Notes: a model not told the origin generated them from the letters alone. Shown: positions 33,232 to 41,828, numbered from the stretch's first letter. The stretch is 64,000 bases of DNA from Elusimicrobiota bacterium (GCA_041661185.1 JBAZUV010000001.1:35616-99615); one strand, 5' to 3'. A program made the numbers and translations.

Positions 33232-33810
33232 TTGGGGGCGCAAGCTATTCTTCCATTTATGATGCGCGGCAAGATGAAGAGACCGTCGGGGAGCAGAGAA
33301 GTGCGTCGCAAGGCTCTTTTTCCCCGGCATTCCGGCAGAAGCCGGGGTCCAGCAAGCAGGGTTCTTCCAAAGGAAGAGGATACTCTGCGTGCGGCCGGTT
33401 CTCTGGCGGACTGCGTGCGAGAATCCGGCGAGGGAGCGCTCATCTGCTTGCGGGGACCCTTGGGCAGCGGGAAAACGGTCTTCGTCCGCGGATTCTTGCG
33501 AAAGCTCGGGCATAAGGGCGCTGTGCGCAGCCCCACCTTCGGTCTTATCCACGAATACCGCCGTTTGCGGCCGCAAGTCCTTCATCTGGACCTTTATCGT
33601 CTAAAACCCCGGGAATCCGAGGGCCTGGGCCTGCGCGAACTCCTACGCGTGAGCGGCTGCGTCTTCCTCATCGAATGGCCCGAGGCCGCCCAGGCCCTTC
33701 TTCCCAAAGACCGCCTGGAACTTTCCTTCGCCCATGTCCCCAACGGCGGCCGCCGCCTGCGCCTGCGCGCCCTCGGTCCTCGTTCCAGACGCCTCACCGC
33801 CGCGTTCTGA
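33232..33810 (+). CDS. tsaE: tRNA threonylcarbamoyladenosine biosynthesis protein TsaE (start uncertain)
   Basis: Conserved core from ..VLPKEEDTLRAAG..., with P-loop LRGPLGSGKTVFVRGFLRKLG, SPTFGLIHEY, HLDLYRL and IEWPE. The 30-40 codons upstream of the core include a copy of the dispersed hairpin repeat. Confidence 0.85.
   Translation: MGAQAILPFMMRGKMKRPSGSREVRRKALFPRHSGRSRGPASRVLPKEEDTLRAAGSLADCVRESGEGALICLRGPLGSGKTVFVRGFLRKLGHKGAVRSPTFGLIHEYRRLRPQVLHLDLYRLKPRESEGLGLRELLRVSGCVFLIEWPEAAQALLPKDRLELSFAHVPNGGRRLRLRALGPRSRRLTAAF
33321..33352 (+). repeat. degenerate copy of the dispersed hairpin repeat, inside the 5' end of the tsaE ORF
   Basis: TCCCCGGCATTCCGGCAGAAGCCGGGGTCCAG, translated in frame as FPRHSGRSRGPA. 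Confidence 0.7.
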
Positions 33811-33825
33811 TCCCGTTCGTTATGT

Positions 33826-33946
33826 CGTCACTCCGGAACAAACCGGTCCGCTCGTCATTCCGGCGAAAGCCAGGACTTGTGTTCCGTCATTCCGGCGGAA
33901 GCCAGGATTTGTGTTCCGTCATTCCGGCGAAAGCCGGAATCCAGGG
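33826..33946 (+). repeat. tandem array (one degenerate plus three good copies, about 32-bp period) of the GTCATTCCGGCGRAAGCC(A/G)G.. hairpin repeat
   Basis: GTCACTCCGGAACAAACCGGTCCGCTC / GTCATTCCGGCGAAAGCCAGGACTTGTGTTCC / GTCATTCCGGCGGAAGCCAGGATTTGTGTTCC / GTCATTCCGGCGAAAGCCGGAATCCAGGG. It lies between convergent tsaE and the alpha/beta hydrolase gene. Confidence 0.85.
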
Positions 33947-33951
33947 ACTGT

Positions 33952-34863
33952 CTAGAATAGCTTCTTGAAGACTTCGTCGGGACAGTCTTTCTGCGGCAGA
34001 TGTCCGCAGTCCGGATAGCGGAAGAGGCGGGCGCCTCGGATGCCGGAGGCATAGCGCTCGCTGATGGACGCGGGGAGCAGCCCGTCGGGCTCTCCCAGGA
34101 TGACCACGGTCCGAGCGCGGATCCCTTTGAGCCGGCCGTCGAGCAGCTCCTCTTTTCGCAGGGCCGCGACCATCTCGGGCGCGCGGCGCTCCCGGATGCC
34201 TTCGGCGGCTTGAGGGAAGACGTTGGAGGGAGGCAGGGGCTTGGAGGGGTGGGCCTTTTGGAAGAAATCCTTCATCTTCTCAGGCGTGGGATCGGCGAGC
34301 GTCCGCGCCGTCTGTTCAGCCAAGCCGCTGGGATCGTCGAGGCCCGCGGCGTTGAGCAGGAAGAGCCTGTCGGTCCCCGAGGGCCACTGGAGCGCGATGT
34401 CCGCGGCGATCCAGCCGCCCAGGCTGTTGCCGACCAAGGTCCAGCGAGGGCAGGTCCCGGCCAGGGCCTCGCGGACCGTGCGCGACATCGGACGTATCCC
34501 ATAACCTTCCAGGGACGCGGGCGCGGCGGAGGCTCCTACTCCCGGCAGGTTGAAGGCGAAGAGCTTGTATCTGCGGGGAGTCTTCCGCTCCTTTGAATCC
34601 ACCAGGAGATCGCTCCAGGTATCGGCGGAATCTCCCAGACCGTGGATGAACGCCACGCAGGCGCAGTCCGCGTCGCCGGCGGCGCAGGTATCGCGGGAAA
34701 GGACCTCGAGTCCGCCGATGCGCGCGTGCCGCACTCCTCCGGACCATAGCTTCGCATTGAGGATGAACCCGTGGAGATCGAGAGGCCTTTGCCAGACCCA
34801 GAGGCCGAAGGCCGAGAAGAGCAGCAGGCACGCCGCGCACGCGCGCAGGATCGTTCGTTTCAT
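33952..34863 (-). CDS. alpha/beta-fold hydrolase with N-terminal membrane anchor/signal peptide
   Basis: Track ORF trimmed to MKRTILRACAACLLLFSAFGLWVW at 34863. It has the oxyanion region FIHGLGDS, the nucleophile elbow GNSLGG and a C-terminal His in ..CGHLP. Confidence 0.8.
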   Translation of the reverse strand: MKRTILRACAACLLLFSAFGLWVWQRPLDLHGFILNAKLWSGGVRHARIGGLEVLSRDTCAAGDADCACVAFIHGLGDSADTWSDLLVDSKERKTPRRYKLFAFNLPGVGASAAPASLEGYGIRPMSRTVREALAGTCPRWTLVGNSLGGWIAADIALQWPSGTDRLFLLNAAGLDDPSGLAEQTARTLADPTPEKMKDFFQKAHPSKPLPPSNVFPQAAEGIRERRAPEMVAALRKEELLDGRLKGIRARTVVILGEPDGLLPASISERYASGIRGARLFRYPDCGHLPQKDCPDEVFKKLF

Positions 34864-34927
34864 GAGGGATTTATTATCGCTGTTGCGGCCGTGTTTGCGC
34901 AAGGAGATGCGTCTGGGCGTCATGCCG

Positions 34928-34947
34928 TTGTCAAATGGAGTTCATCC
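34928..34947 (+). promoter_or_regulatory. candidate Pho-box-like operator upstream of the response regulator gene
   Basis: TTGTCAaatggaGTTCATcc is two TGTCA/GTTCA half-sites at 11-bp spacing, 54 nt upstream of the ATG at 35001. Compare the E. coli Pho box CTGTCAT-N4-CTGTCAY. Confidence 0.4.
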
Positions 34948-35000
34948 GGCCGCTATTGGCGAGGCGAGGTTTTTCAGGTATCCTCAAAGAGGGGTGCCCC

Positions 35001-35675
35001 ATGGGTGGAGAAAAGATATTGGTCGTCGAGGACGAGAAGGATATCGTCCGGCTCTTGCGCTACAACCTGGAGAAGGAAGGCTACTGCGTCGCGGCCTGCC
35101 ACGACGGAGAGGCCGCTCTCGAATGCTTCCGCAAGGAACGCCCCGACTTGGTCATCCTGGACCTCATGATCCCCAAGCTCGACGGCATCGAGGTCTGCAA
35201 GCTCCTGCGGCAGTCCTCCCAGGTCCCCATCCTCATGCTCACCGCCAAGAAGAGCGAGGTGGACCGCATCCTGGGTCTCCGGATCGGAGCGGACGACTAC
35301 GTCACGAAGCCCTTCTCGGTGGGGGAACTCCTGGCTCGCGTGCAGGCCTTGCTGCGCCGCGCCGCGCATCCTGTCGTGAACGCCTTGCGCGCGGGGGCTC
35401 TGGAGATGGACTTCGAGCGCCATGAGCTGCGTCTTGAAGGAAAGCCGGTTTCGGTGACTCCCAAGGAGTTCGAGTTCCTCAGGCTCCTCGTGCAGTCGGA
35501 CGGGAAGGTCCTCACCCGCGAGGAGATCCTCGAACGCGTATGGGGATACGACCGTTCGATGGACATCGACACGCGCACCGTCGACCAGCACATCGCCCGT
35601 CTGCGCCGCAAGCTCGGAGCGGAAGGGGAGCGCATCCTCACGGTCACCAACGTGGGCTACCGTTTCCGTCCGTGA
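35001..35675 (+). CDS. OmpR/PhoB-family response regulator
   Basis: Track ORF trimmed to MGGEKILVVEDEKDIV at 35001 (AGAGGGG SD upstream). LVILDLMIPKLDG, ILMLTAK and GADDYVTKPF form the receiver. The winged-helix output has LTPKEFEFLRLL....G.V.TREEIL..VWG.......RTVD.HI.RLR.KL. Confidence 0.9.
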   Translation: MGGEKILVVEDEKDIVRLLRYNLEKEGYCVAACHDGEAALECFRKERPDLVILDLMIPKLDGIEVCKLLRQSSQVPILMLTAKKSEVDRILGLRIGADDYVTKPFSVGELLARVQALLRRAAHPVVNALRAGALEMDFERHELRLEGKPVSVTPKEFEFLRLLVQSDGKVLTREEILERVWGYDRSMDIDTRTVDQHIARLRRKLGAEGERILTVTNVGYRFRP

Positions 35676-37426
35676 GTTCCCGCTCGCGTCTTTACATCAT
35701 CATCCTCACCGTGGCCGCGCTCTCGAGCGCGCTCGCCGGATTCGCCGGCTGGCGTTCCGTCCGCACCCAGCTCGTCGGACAGCTCGCGCAGGGCCTTCTG
35801 GAGAAAGGGCGCATACTCGTGCGCGAGTTGCCCGCGGGCGGCGCGGGAACGCGAGGCATCTCTGCGTGGGTCTCCAGAACCGCCCCTTTGGCGGAGGCCC
35901 GCATCAGCCTCATCGCCGCCGACGGCCGTTTGCTCGCGGACTCGAGTCTGAGTCCGGAGGAGTTTGCGCGCGCGGAAAACCACGCGGACCGTCCGGAGTT
36001 CGTCGCGGCTCGGCGAAAAGGGAAAGGGATCTCTCTTCGGCACAGCCATTCCACGGGCATGGACTTCCTTTATGCCGCCGTGCCCGTCTCCAAAGGGGGC
36101 GATTGCGCGGTCCTGCGTCTGGCCATGCCGTTGGACCGAGTCGATGAGACGCTCTCCCGCATGCGCCGCAGCATCATCGATTACGCCTGCATCGCCCTGC
36201 TCATCGCGCTCTTCTTCGCCGCTTTCGCGGCCGCGATCATCCGTCGTCCGCTCATCCTCCTGGCCGAGGCCGCCGACCGCATGTCCGCGGGCTCCGGCGC
36301 CGTTCCTCAGCGGGGGTGCGATGAGCTCGACCGTCTGGCCGAGACGCTCCACGGACTCTCGCTGAAGTCTTCTCAGACGCTCCGAGCGCTCAAGGAGGAG
36401 AAGTCGAGGCTTCAGGCCACGCTCGCGCACATGGCCGAGGGAGTCGCCGTCGTGGACGCGCAAGGGTGTTTTCTCGAGGTGAACCCCGCGATGGAGTCGC
36501 TCTTCGGCCTGGAGTCGGCGCGCGCGCGCGGCGCGCCCCTCATCGAGATACTGCGCCACGGCGAGCTCAAGGCTCTGCTTGACCGCGCCGCAGCGGGGAA
36601 GGGGCCGGCTTCCGGAGAGCTCACGCTGTTCACTCCCGGAGAGCGCGTTTTCGAGGCGCATGCCACGCCGGTCCTTGAGAGCGGATCCCTGCACGGGATC
36701 GTCCTGGTCCTTCACGACATCACCCGGCTGCGCCGTTTGGAGGAGATGCGCCGCGACTTCGTCGCCAACGTCTCCCATGAGCTGCGCACGCCTCTGGCTT
36801 CGATCAAGGGCTTCGCCGAGACCTTGCGCCGCGGAGCGCTCGAGGATCCCGCGCACCGTCTGGAGTTCGTGGAGACCATCGAGACGCAGGCCGACCGGCT
36901 GACTCGCCTCGTCGACGACCTGCTCGAGATGGCTGCCGTCGAATCCGGTCGCCGTCCTCTGCGTTTGGAGATCATCGGGCTCTTGGACTTCGCGCGGGAG
37001 GTTGCCGCATCCCTGGCGCCTCAAGCGCGCAAGCGGCGCGTGCGCGTCGAGATAGGCATCGACGCGGGCGCTTCGGTCAGGGCCGACCGGGCTTCCCTGC
37101 GTCTGCTCCTTCAGAATCTTCTCGACAACGCCATAAAATATAACCGCGATGAAGGGACGGTGACCGTGACGGCGCGGTCCGAAGAAAAGTCCGTCGACCT
37201 TTGCGTGCGCGACACGGGCATCGGCATTCCTGCCGCGGACCTGCCCCGCGTCTTCGAGCGCTTCTACCGCGTGGACAAGGCGCGCTCCCGCGAACTCGGC
37301 GGGACCGGGCTCGGCTTGGCCATCGTCAAGCATCTGGCCGAGGCCCACGGCGGCCGAGTCTTCGTCGAGAGCGTCGAGGGGGAAGGGTCCTCCTTCCACG
37401 TCTTCCTGCCGCACGACCGGGTCTAA
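35672..37426 (+). CDS. PhoR-like sensor histidine kinase (two TM segments/periplasmic loop, PAS, HisKA, HATPase_c)
   Basis: A GTG start overlaps the regulator stop (GTGA). A PAS-like segment (LAHMAEGVAVVDAQG.FLEVNPA.E.LFG) is followed by RRDFVANVSHELRTPLASIKGFAETL, LLDNAIKYN, DTGIGIP and GGTGLGLAIVKH. This arrangement and H-box are typical of PhoR. Confidence 0.88.
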   Translation: MSSRSRLYIIILTVAALSSALAGFAGWRSVRTQLVGQLAQGLLEKGRILVRELPAGGAGTRGISAWVSRTAPLAEARISLIAADGRLLADSSLSPEEFARAENHADRPEFVAARRKGKGISLRHSHSTGMDFLYAAVPVSKGGDCAVLRLAMPLDRVDETLSRMRRSIIDYACIALLIALFFAAFAAAIIRRPLILLAEAADRMSAGSGAVPQRGCDELDRLAETLHGLSLKSSQTLRALKEEKSRLQATLAHMAEGVAVVDAQGCFLEVNPAMESLFGLESARARGAPLIEILRHGELKALLDRAAAGKGPASGELTLFTPGERVFEAHATPVLESGSLHGIVLVLHDITRLRRLEEMRRDFVANVSHELRTPLASIKGFAETLRRGALEDPAHRLEFVETIETQADRLTRLVDDLLEMAAVESGRRPLRLEIIGLLDFAREVAASLAPQARKRRVRVEIGIDAGASVRADRASLRLLLQNLLDNAIKYNRDEGTVTVTARSEEKSVDLCVRDTGIGIPAADLPRVFERFYRVDKARSRELGGTGLGLAIVKHLAEAHGGRVFVESVEGEGSSFHVFLPHDRV

Positions 37427-37450
37427 GCGTCAAAAAAAAGGCACGCCTTC
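37427..37450 (+). promoter_or_regulatory. 24-nt motif shared with the porin-pst promoter region (candidate Pho-type operator)
   Basis: GCGTCAAAAAAAAGGCACGCCTTC here versus GCGTCAAAAAATGTTCACGCGTTC at 44917-44940 (19/24 identical by eye). It lies 39-62 nt upstream of the phosphatase ATG. Confidence 0.4.
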
Positions 37451-37488
37451 GGCAAAGGATCCCAATACGGCGCTGTTACCATTCCCTT

Positions 37489-38988
37489 ATGGAAAGGAAA
37501 TGGTCCTTCGCTCATGCGGCCCTTCTGCTCATCGTGCTTGCGCCGTGCGCTCCGGCGGCGCCGCCCCCTTTGACCGTCGTCTTCGTCGTCGACCAGATGC
37601 GCGCGGATTATCTCGCGCGCTTCGGCAAGGAGTTCTCGGGAGGCTTCGCTCGGTTCGTCAAGGACGGGGCGGTCTTCGAGAACGCCCGCCAAGCGCACGT
37701 GCCGACGACGACCGCCGTCGGACACGCGGCCATCGGCACGGGACGCTTCCCGGCCCAGCACGGGATCGTGGGCAACGAGTGGTGGGACAGGACTCTGGGA
37801 CGCATGAGAGCATCCGTCGAGGACGAGGAATACGGCCGCAGCCCCCTCAATCTCCGGGACGAGACGTTCGGCGACATCCTCAAAGCCGTCCGTCCGGCTT
37901 CGAAGGTGATCAGCCTTTCCGGGAAGGATCGAGGAGCCGTTCTTTTGGGCGGCCGCCGCCCGGACCTTGTGCTCTGGTTCAACAAGAGCGCCGGACAGTT
38001 CGTGACGGACACGTATTATGGTCGGATGCCCGATTGGGTGTGGGACTGGGATGCGCGGCTCTCCATCCCCCTTGCCGAAAGGGATGGATTCATGGAAAGC
38101 CCGCGCTTCGATGCGCTGCTGCTCGAACTCGCCGGAAAGACGGTCGAGAACGAACGGCTGGGGCTGGGGAAAGGGCGCAGCGATCTTCTCTTTATCAGTC
38201 TTTCGGGCACCGATATCATCGGGCACAAGAAAGGGCCCGACAGTCCGGAGATACGTGAACAGCTTCTCGGCCTGGATAAGAGCCTGGGAGCCTTCCTCTT
38301 TTATTTGGACGGCCGTCTCGGCGAGGGGCGATATCTCGCGGTCTTGACCTCGGATCACGGGGTCACGTCCATGCCCGAGAGCGCCGATGGCCGCTCCAAG
38401 GGAATCCGACGCATCCTGCAATCCGAGTTGGAGGATGAAGTAGAGGCGGCTCTGCGCAAGAGGCTGGGCGAACCCGGTCTTCTCGACCGCTGGCTGCTGG
38501 GATTGAGGTCCCCGAACGTCTATCTCAATAAGCCCCTGGCTCTTGAGAAAGGCATGGACGATCGGCTTCTCGCCGAAGCCGCGGACATCTTGGGAAGCCT
38601 GCCCGCCGTCTTGGCGGTCATGCGGCCCGAGGACCTCTTGGCCGCTCGCGCCGAAAAGGGCCCGTATGAGGAGATCTTTCGCAGAAGCTTCTATCCCGCT
38701 CGTTCGGGGGACCTGCTGGTCCTTTTAAAGGAGAACATGCTCGTCGCGGGTCTTCCGGGAGAGACCAGCCACAGCCTTCCCTACGACCAAGATTCCCGCG
38801 TGCCGCTGGTCTTCATGGGAGAGGGGATCGTTCCCGGAAGATACCCGGCGCAGGCCTTGGGCACGGATATCGCTCCGACCGTGTCCTCCTTTTTGGAGAT
38901 CCCGTTCGAACCGGCGGCCGGAAGCCGGGTGCTCAAGGAAGTCCTGGCAGAGGACGCGCTCGGTGCGCAGTCCAAGAGGCCCTCATGA
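37489..38988 (+). CDS. alkaline phosphatase-superfamily enzyme (PafA / nucleotide pyrophosphatase-phosphodiesterase type), secreted
   Basis: Track ORF 37201..38988 trimmed to MERKWSFAHAALLLIVLAPCAPA (signal peptide). VVFVVDQMRADYL, VPTTTAVGHAAIGTG..PAQHGIVGNEWWD, ..SGTD.IGH..GP and LTSDHG match type I phosphodiesterase/NPP and PafA-like phosphatases. Confidence 0.85.
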   Translation: MERKWSFAHAALLLIVLAPCAPAAPPPLTVVFVVDQMRADYLARFGKEFSGGFARFVKDGAVFENARQAHVPTTTAVGHAAIGTGRFPAQHGIVGNEWWDRTLGRMRASVEDEEYGRSPLNLRDETFGDILKAVRPASKVISLSGKDRGAVLLGGRRPDLVLWFNKSAGQFVTDTYYGRMPDWVWDWDARLSIPLAERDGFMESPRFDALLLELAGKTVENERLGLGKGRSDLLFISLSGTDIIGHKKGPDSPEIREQLLGLDKSLGAFLFYLDGRLGEGRYLAVLTSDHGVTSMPESADGRSKGIRRILQSELEDEVEAALRKRLGEPGLLDRWLLGLRSPNVYLNKPLALEKGMDDRLLAEAADILGSLPAVLAVMRPEDLLAARAEKGPYEEIFRRSFYPARSGDLLVLLKENMLVAGLPGETSHSLPYDQDSRVPLVFMGEGIVPGRYPAQALGTDIAPTVSSFLEIPFEPAAGSRVLKEVLAEDALGAQSKRPS

Positions 38989-41828
38989 AAAGACCCATCG
39001 CCGTCGTCCTCGCCGCGTCGCTCGCGGTCCTGCAGCCCGGAGCGCTCATCCAAGAAGCCCGCGCGCAGGTCTCGGCACGGATGGCCGGAGCGAACGTCGT
39101 TCTTCCGGGACAGCTGTCGATCCCCGCCGTTTTGGCCCCGATGGAGGAAGGACAAGGAAGCCTCCCTGCTCACTCGGCCGGCATGGGCCTTTCGCTGCCT
39201 CTCATGGATGTTCAGGCGCCCGCCGCGCTCGTCCCGACGTCCTCGATCGGGGAGGCGCCGATCCTTCCTTCGTTCGAGGACGCCGCTGTCGCGAAGACGG
39301 AGCATTCGGCGGGATCATCGGTCTCGGCGAAGCCTCGCGCCGTCGTGGAAGCGAAGAGAAGTCCTTCCTCGGACCGCCCGTCCTTGATCGATACCCTGCG
39401 CGGCTTCTGGACCGAGCGCTCGAAGAAAACGGCTTTATCTCATCCGGCTGCCGCGGAGTCCTTGCCGGAAAAAGGGCGGGCTCTTTTCGATGGAGACAAG
39501 CTGAGGGCGTATCTTCTTCGCCCGGACGGCACGCATTCCTCCGTGAGCTGGGAAGGACTTCCGGCCGTTCTGGCCGCCGATCCTGATTATAGGGAGGCCC
39601 TTGCGCGCAAGGGCCGCATACGCCTTATCGTGGACAAGAACGCCGCTCCCGGCGGATTTTCCGCCGGGGATGCGCAAGCGATCGCGGACATCCTGGCCGG
39701 ATCCGGGATCTCCCGCGGCATCGAGGTCGAGAATCTGGGCAAGGCTCCGAAAGAGACGCCGATATCCTCGTCCGGCGTCGGAGAGTCTCCCGTGCGCAAG
39801 AGCGGCGGGGTCCTCTCATCCTTGCCGGTGCTCAGGGAGGTCTCCTTCCTGGCGAGGAATCTCTCCGCGTCCATGCGCAAGCTCGAGCGTTCCGAGGTCA
39901 CCGCGGGGCTGCTGTCGAGCCTTCCGGGCTTCATCAACAGCATGATCTTCTACGTCGCGCTGTTCTTGCCCCAATACCGGGCGTCATTCGCGGCCATGGT
40001 CGCCTTGACCGTGCTCATGAAGGCGATCCACAACGTGGGCGTCGGCATCTGGACGAGCTTCCAGAACCGGCTCATGCTCCAGCGAGGAAGCTCCTATCTC
40101 ACGACCTTCAATTTCGGCTACGGACAATCCACGGCCGCGCTCTATCGCGCGATCGCCTGGTCCGCCCGTCCCAGCGCCACCCTCCCTCCCTGGGATATCC
40201 GGTATTGGCGGGATATGTCCGTGATGAGCGTCCTGGGCACCGTGTTCTACACGATCGGGAACATGGCGGCCAACGAACTCTACAACAAGGGGCTGCTCTC
40301 CAGGCGGGGGGTCACCTTCCTCCAGCAGCTGCGCGCCGGGGTCGGCGACATCGACGGGATATTCTACAAGGCCGGCTTCATGGGCTTTTTCTGGATCGCC
40401 TTCGCGATCCATCAGTTCCTGGACCTCGCGCTCTATCCTCTCGCCGCCTTGCTCAAGGCCCGTCCGATACTCACCCTCGCATCCGAGGACGTCGCCTCCA
40501 CGAAGGAATTCAGCGACCTTTACCTTCCGCATGCCGACGCGGCGGGTTCTCCCATGAAGCGGCTGCGCCAAGCCTTGCTCGGCGCTCCGTTCATCGCGCA
40601 GTTCGTCTCGATCGCGCGGTTCCTAAAAAGGCGCTTGGGGAGGCTCTTCGCTCCTGCCGCCTTGTCCGCGGCCGTTGCGTTTTCTCCGCAGATCTTGGCG
40701 TCCGCCTATGAGCAAGGGGCCGCCGGCACCGCCTCCCAACCCATCGAAAGAGTCCTCTCGCGCCTGCCGCGCCTGACCCCCGTGCTCGACGCCTCCGGAA
40801 AGGCGAAGATCATCGCCGACAGCGTGGCCCAGCCGGTGCTGACGGACTACCCCGACGGAGGGCTGGGGGTCTTCAAGCCCATCCGCATGCCCAAGACCGA
40901 TCCGAAATACAAATATGAGTGCATGAAGGCGCTCTGCGAAGTGGTCTCTTCCCATATCGCCGCGAAGATGGGGGTCCCCACCGTACGCTACCGCCTGGCG
41001 CACGCCGATATCGACGCAGAGGAGCATATCGGCGTGGTGACGCCGTATCTGCCGTCCCTTAAGACGCTCGTCGAGGCTCCGGAACTCGCCGATCACATCG
41101 TCAACGCCGAGGAGTTCACTCGCGGGGCGGTCATCGACGCGTGGCTGGGGAACACCGACCGCATCATCAGCCGCAAGAACGTATGGGTCATCGAGGACAA
41201 GGGCGAGGCGAGGGTCCTCTTCGGCGACTATGATCAGACGTTCAGGCCGCACGCCGCGCTCTTCGGCATCCCGAAGACTCAACTGCAGCTTCTGCCCCGC
41301 TACGCGAAGCCCGAGACGCTGCGCCGCATCCTGGCCGATATCGCCAAGCTCGACGATAAGACGATCCGGGCGTGGGTCGGGGAAGCCTTGTCCCTGAGCG
41401 GGGGGATCGGCGACGGTTGGGGGGAGTATTTCTCCGAGGTCCTCATCGACAACCGCGACGAGCTCGGCGGAACCCGCGCTTTCGACGAGCTCCTTTCCGG
41501 CCGGAAGCCCCGCATGAGCCTGAGCGCCCCCGCGGCTGCCTCGCTGGCCGACAAGGTCCTCGCGGGGCAAAAAGACCCCTCGCGCATCGGCGCGCAAGTC
41601 GATGCGGCGATCAAGAGGATGGAGATCTATTTCAGCACCAACGGCGACCTGCGGGCGCCCATGAGAACGCTTCTTGAGGAACTTGCCCGACGCCGCTTGG
41701 CCCAAGAGGACGGCCCCTACGAGTTCGCCGAAGGCGACTTGACGCTCCTGGCTCCGCTCATCCACTTCGTCTGGTCGTCCTTCGAGCCCGCCGAAGCCAT
41801 CGGCGGCGGCCTCGAATACCATCGGTGA
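38985..41828 (+). CDS. large signal-peptide polytopic membrane protein with C-terminal atypical kinase domain (type II PI4-kinase-like motifs)
   Basis: 947 aa. Start overlaps the phosphatase stop (ATGA). Signal peptide MKRPIAVVLAASLAVLQPGALIQEARAQ, about 280 aa with no recognised domain, then several hydrophobic helices at about aa 300-580. The C-terminus has GLGVFKP, VIDAWLGNTDRIISRKNVWVI and LFGDYDQTF. These resemble PI4K2A AVFKPK, LDYIIRNTDRGNDNWLI and AIDNGLAF. Confidence 0.8.
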   Translation: MKRPIAVVLAASLAVLQPGALIQEARAQVSARMAGANVVLPGQLSIPAVLAPMEEGQGSLPAHSAGMGLSLPLMDVQAPAALVPTSSIGEAPILPSFEDAAVAKTEHSAGSSVSAKPRAVVEAKRSPSSDRPSLIDTLRGFWTERSKKTALSHPAAAESLPEKGRALFDGDKLRAYLLRPDGTHSSVSWEGLPAVLAADPDYREALARKGRIRLIVDKNAAPGGFSAGDAQAIADILAGSGISRGIEVENLGKAPKETPISSSGVGESPVRKSGGVLSSLPVLREVSFLARNLSASMRKLERSEVTAGLLSSLPGFINSMIFYVALFLPQYRASFAAMVALTVLMKAIHNVGVGIWTSFQNRLMLQRGSSYLTTFNFGYGQSTAALYRAIAWSARPSATLPPWDIRYWRDMSVMSVLGTVFYTIGNMAANELYNKGLLSRRGVTFLQQLRAGVGDIDGIFYKAGFMGFFWIAFAIHQFLDLALYPLAALLKARPILTLASEDVASTKEFSDLYLPHADAAGSPMKRLRQALLGAPFIAQFVSIARFLKRRLGRLFAPAALSAAVAFSPQILASAYEQGAAGTASQPIERVLSRLPRLTPVLDASGKAKIIADSVAQPVLTDYPDGGLGVFKPIRMPKTDPKYKYECMKALCEVVSSHIAAKMGVPTVRYRLAHADIDAEEHIGVVTPYLPSLKTLVEAPELADHIVNAEEFTRGAVIDAWLGNTDRIISRKNVWVIEDKGEARVLFGDYDQTFRPHAALFGIPKTQLQLLPRYAKPETLRRILADIAKLDDKTIRAWVGEALSLSGGIGDGWGEYFSEVLIDNRDELGGTRAFDELLSGRKPRMSLSAPAAASLADKVLAGQKDPSRIGAQVDAAIKRMEIYFSTNGDLRAPMRTLLEELARRRLAQEDGPYEFAEGDLTLLAPLIHFVWSSFEPAEAIGGGLEYHR

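Noticed and set aside
33826-33946. Possible CRISPR array (regular about 32-bp repeats)
   Set aside because: The repeats are directly adjacent with no unique spacers. The same hairpin unit is dispersed singly elsewhere, and there are no cas genes. This is a tandem REP-like array.
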